DNA of 64,000 bases from Camelus ferus. Lineage: Eukaryota. The stretch is from contig NC_045697.1 of the NCBI RefSeq assembly GCF_009834535.1, positions 102,364,001-102,428,000 of the forward strand. The letters run 5' to 3'. The notes beneath the pieces are model-generated. The model saw only the letters and a list, made by a program, of their open reading frames with translations. It was not told the origin of the DNA and did not search any database. Below are positions 62,149 to 64,000 of the stretch, one piece after another. A program made the position numbers and the translations under genes. How positions within the stretch are numbered: the stretch's first letter is position 1; each line of letters opens with the position of its first letter.

Positions 62149-63469
62149 TCATCTGAAGACTTACTGATTTTTCAAGGTTAGAAAGTTATAGTTTGCTTTT
62201 ATTTTACTTTATTTACTTTAATGAAAAAAAGCAATTGACAAGAGATAATACTGCACAACGTATCACTGGCAAAGTCTACCATGGCCCTAAGGCTGTGTTC
62301 TCAGAGCACTACTGTGTCTCAGACCTGGCAGTTCCCTGGGCTCCACTCTGTGGATGGCCGCATAAGACAATGGCAGGACAACTGAACTGGGAATAAGAAA
62401 CTGAGGTGACTGTTGTCCCTGATTATAGACTCTGGATCTTGAGTTTCTATCTTGCCTCTATGAACTTCAGGGTGGAGAGATCTTGAAATGGTAAAAATGA
62501 AATGATAAAATAATGGCTGTAAAAAATGAGCTGCTGGGACTAATGCTCCATGAAAAAAAAAAAAAAGCTCATATTCTCAGAGAAGAGAAGAAAAGAAAGG
62601 AGATTTGTATGCATTGCTGTCCTGTAGACATCACTGTACCCAAATAATGAACAAGAACCCTCACTCAAAATGGGGCTGGGTGAACTCGGCACAGCCCACA
62701 ATTTCCAACTCTGCCAAGTCACTCTGATGAGTTTCCAAGAGTCACAGGTCCGCCACTGTTCCTTATTTCTCACAGAAAATTGACGTGCAACGTACAAGTC
62801 ATGCTTGGCTACCTTTGGGGGAGATTTAATATTCAGAGAGGTGATAACCTCATTGCAAGTGCCAAATTCAGAATTAAACACCATTCCTGGCCATCAGCTC
62901 TGTAAACTGGTATTTTCTGAGAGTCTTTGGAAGACATCTGAACACCCTGGTACCACTCGGTTGTACCTTGTGGGCCAAGCCTGTGGATGTTTCAAAAGAA
63001 ACCCAGGGCAGCCGAGGTGGCGGTTTTGAGGAAGGTCTCAGAGGCCCCCTGCCAAAGCGAAACCAGCTGAGTAAACTTCAGGAGGAGACCCACAGCTCAG
63101 CAAGTTAGCCCCACTAAGACATCAGCCTTGACAAGAAGGGCCCCAGTTCCATCCCAGTGGGGTAAACACAGAGCTTGTCCAACAGGGTTGGTGGAAGATG
63201 CCACAACTCTCTTGTGTCTCCAGGCCCAGCACAGACAGTAGAGGGGTTAGACGGGGAGCAATAGAGAAAGAGCATGTAGGCTGAGATGGACCTTGGTTCT
63301 GAGATAAAGACTTTAACATTAGCCCAAAAGGTGTTAAGAAGGAGGTAGATTCCCCTGCTGCTTCTTGCCACCTATCAAAATTAAATTATGTTTAAATGAA
63401 AATATCTTCTTTACATTCATGATTTACACGACTTGCCAGTCTAGCTGCATGACTTAATTATGGCCACCT

Positions 63470-63615
63470 ATGGTGCAGTGGAAAGAATACAGAACTTACG
63501 TAGTACTGGGTTCCAGCCCTAGACATGGTCACTGGAATGAGTTGGTTAAGAGGCACATTGATCTGCCCAAGCCACAGTTTCCTCATTTGTAAAACATGGG
63601 AACATAGTTAGGATG
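63470..63615 (+). mobile_element. MIR SINE
   Basis: ggtgcagtggaaagaatacag...ctgggttccagccctag...gccacagtttcctcatttgtaaaa. Confidence 0.75.
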
Positions 63616-64000
63616 GGGGCCTCTTCATAAAAGCTTATTTGGAGAAAACTCAAATCATCAAAAGAACAATGATTACTTAAATACATTAAAAACTTATTCA
63701 GGTTTTAACAACTTTCAAATCCTCTGCCAATAATGCAAACTCCTACAGAAATCAGTCCTATGGAAGCTTAGATATATCCCTGGGCTCTCATTCATACTAG
63801 AAATGTGTCCATTACTGTTGTAAAGTTTTGCATGCTAATAACTTAAGGTGGGACTTCCTTAATTTTCAAACTATAAAGATGCAATGAAAATAAATGAAAA
63901 TGATTCTGCAAAACAAACAAATAAATACAAAACGAGTCTGAAAGACTCCAAAACAGAATTCTTACTGGGCTAACACAAAAAAATTTAAGTTGTAATATGT

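Noticed and set aside
62724..62750. Hammerhead ribozyme core CTGATGA (also minus strand at ~6213, ~10096 and ~43451)
   Set aside because: No stem II closing into GAAA, and no stems I and III.
1..64000. CRISPR arrays, operons, prokaryotic defence systems, NUMTs, rRNA
   Set aside because: The sequence is mammalian repeat-rich DNA. I saw no repeat-spacer periodicity, no dense ORFs, and no mitochondrial or rRNA similarity.

Overview
Mammalian nuclear DNA, most likely camelid: it carries two tRNA-Ala-derived Vic-1-type SINEs and artiodactyl-type L1 3' ends. I recognise no protein-coding gene, RNA gene or processed pseudogene. The ORF track is explained by chance ORFs, L1 ORF2 C-terminal remnants and antisense reads of repeats. 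The window looks intergenic or deep-intronic and is dominated by transposable elements of many ages: L1, HAL1, L2, L3/CR1, MIR, MaLR/ERVL/ERV1 solo LTRs, and hAT and mariner MITEs. Several have target-site duplications (TSDs) visible by eye. Repeat-free stretches hold a few CpG-enriched patches, promoter-like motif clusters, G-quadruplex motifs and candidate short exons, all unconfirmed. I found no convincing novel biological system. Repeat family names come from recalled consensus sequences, not from a search, and boundaries without TSDs are approximate.
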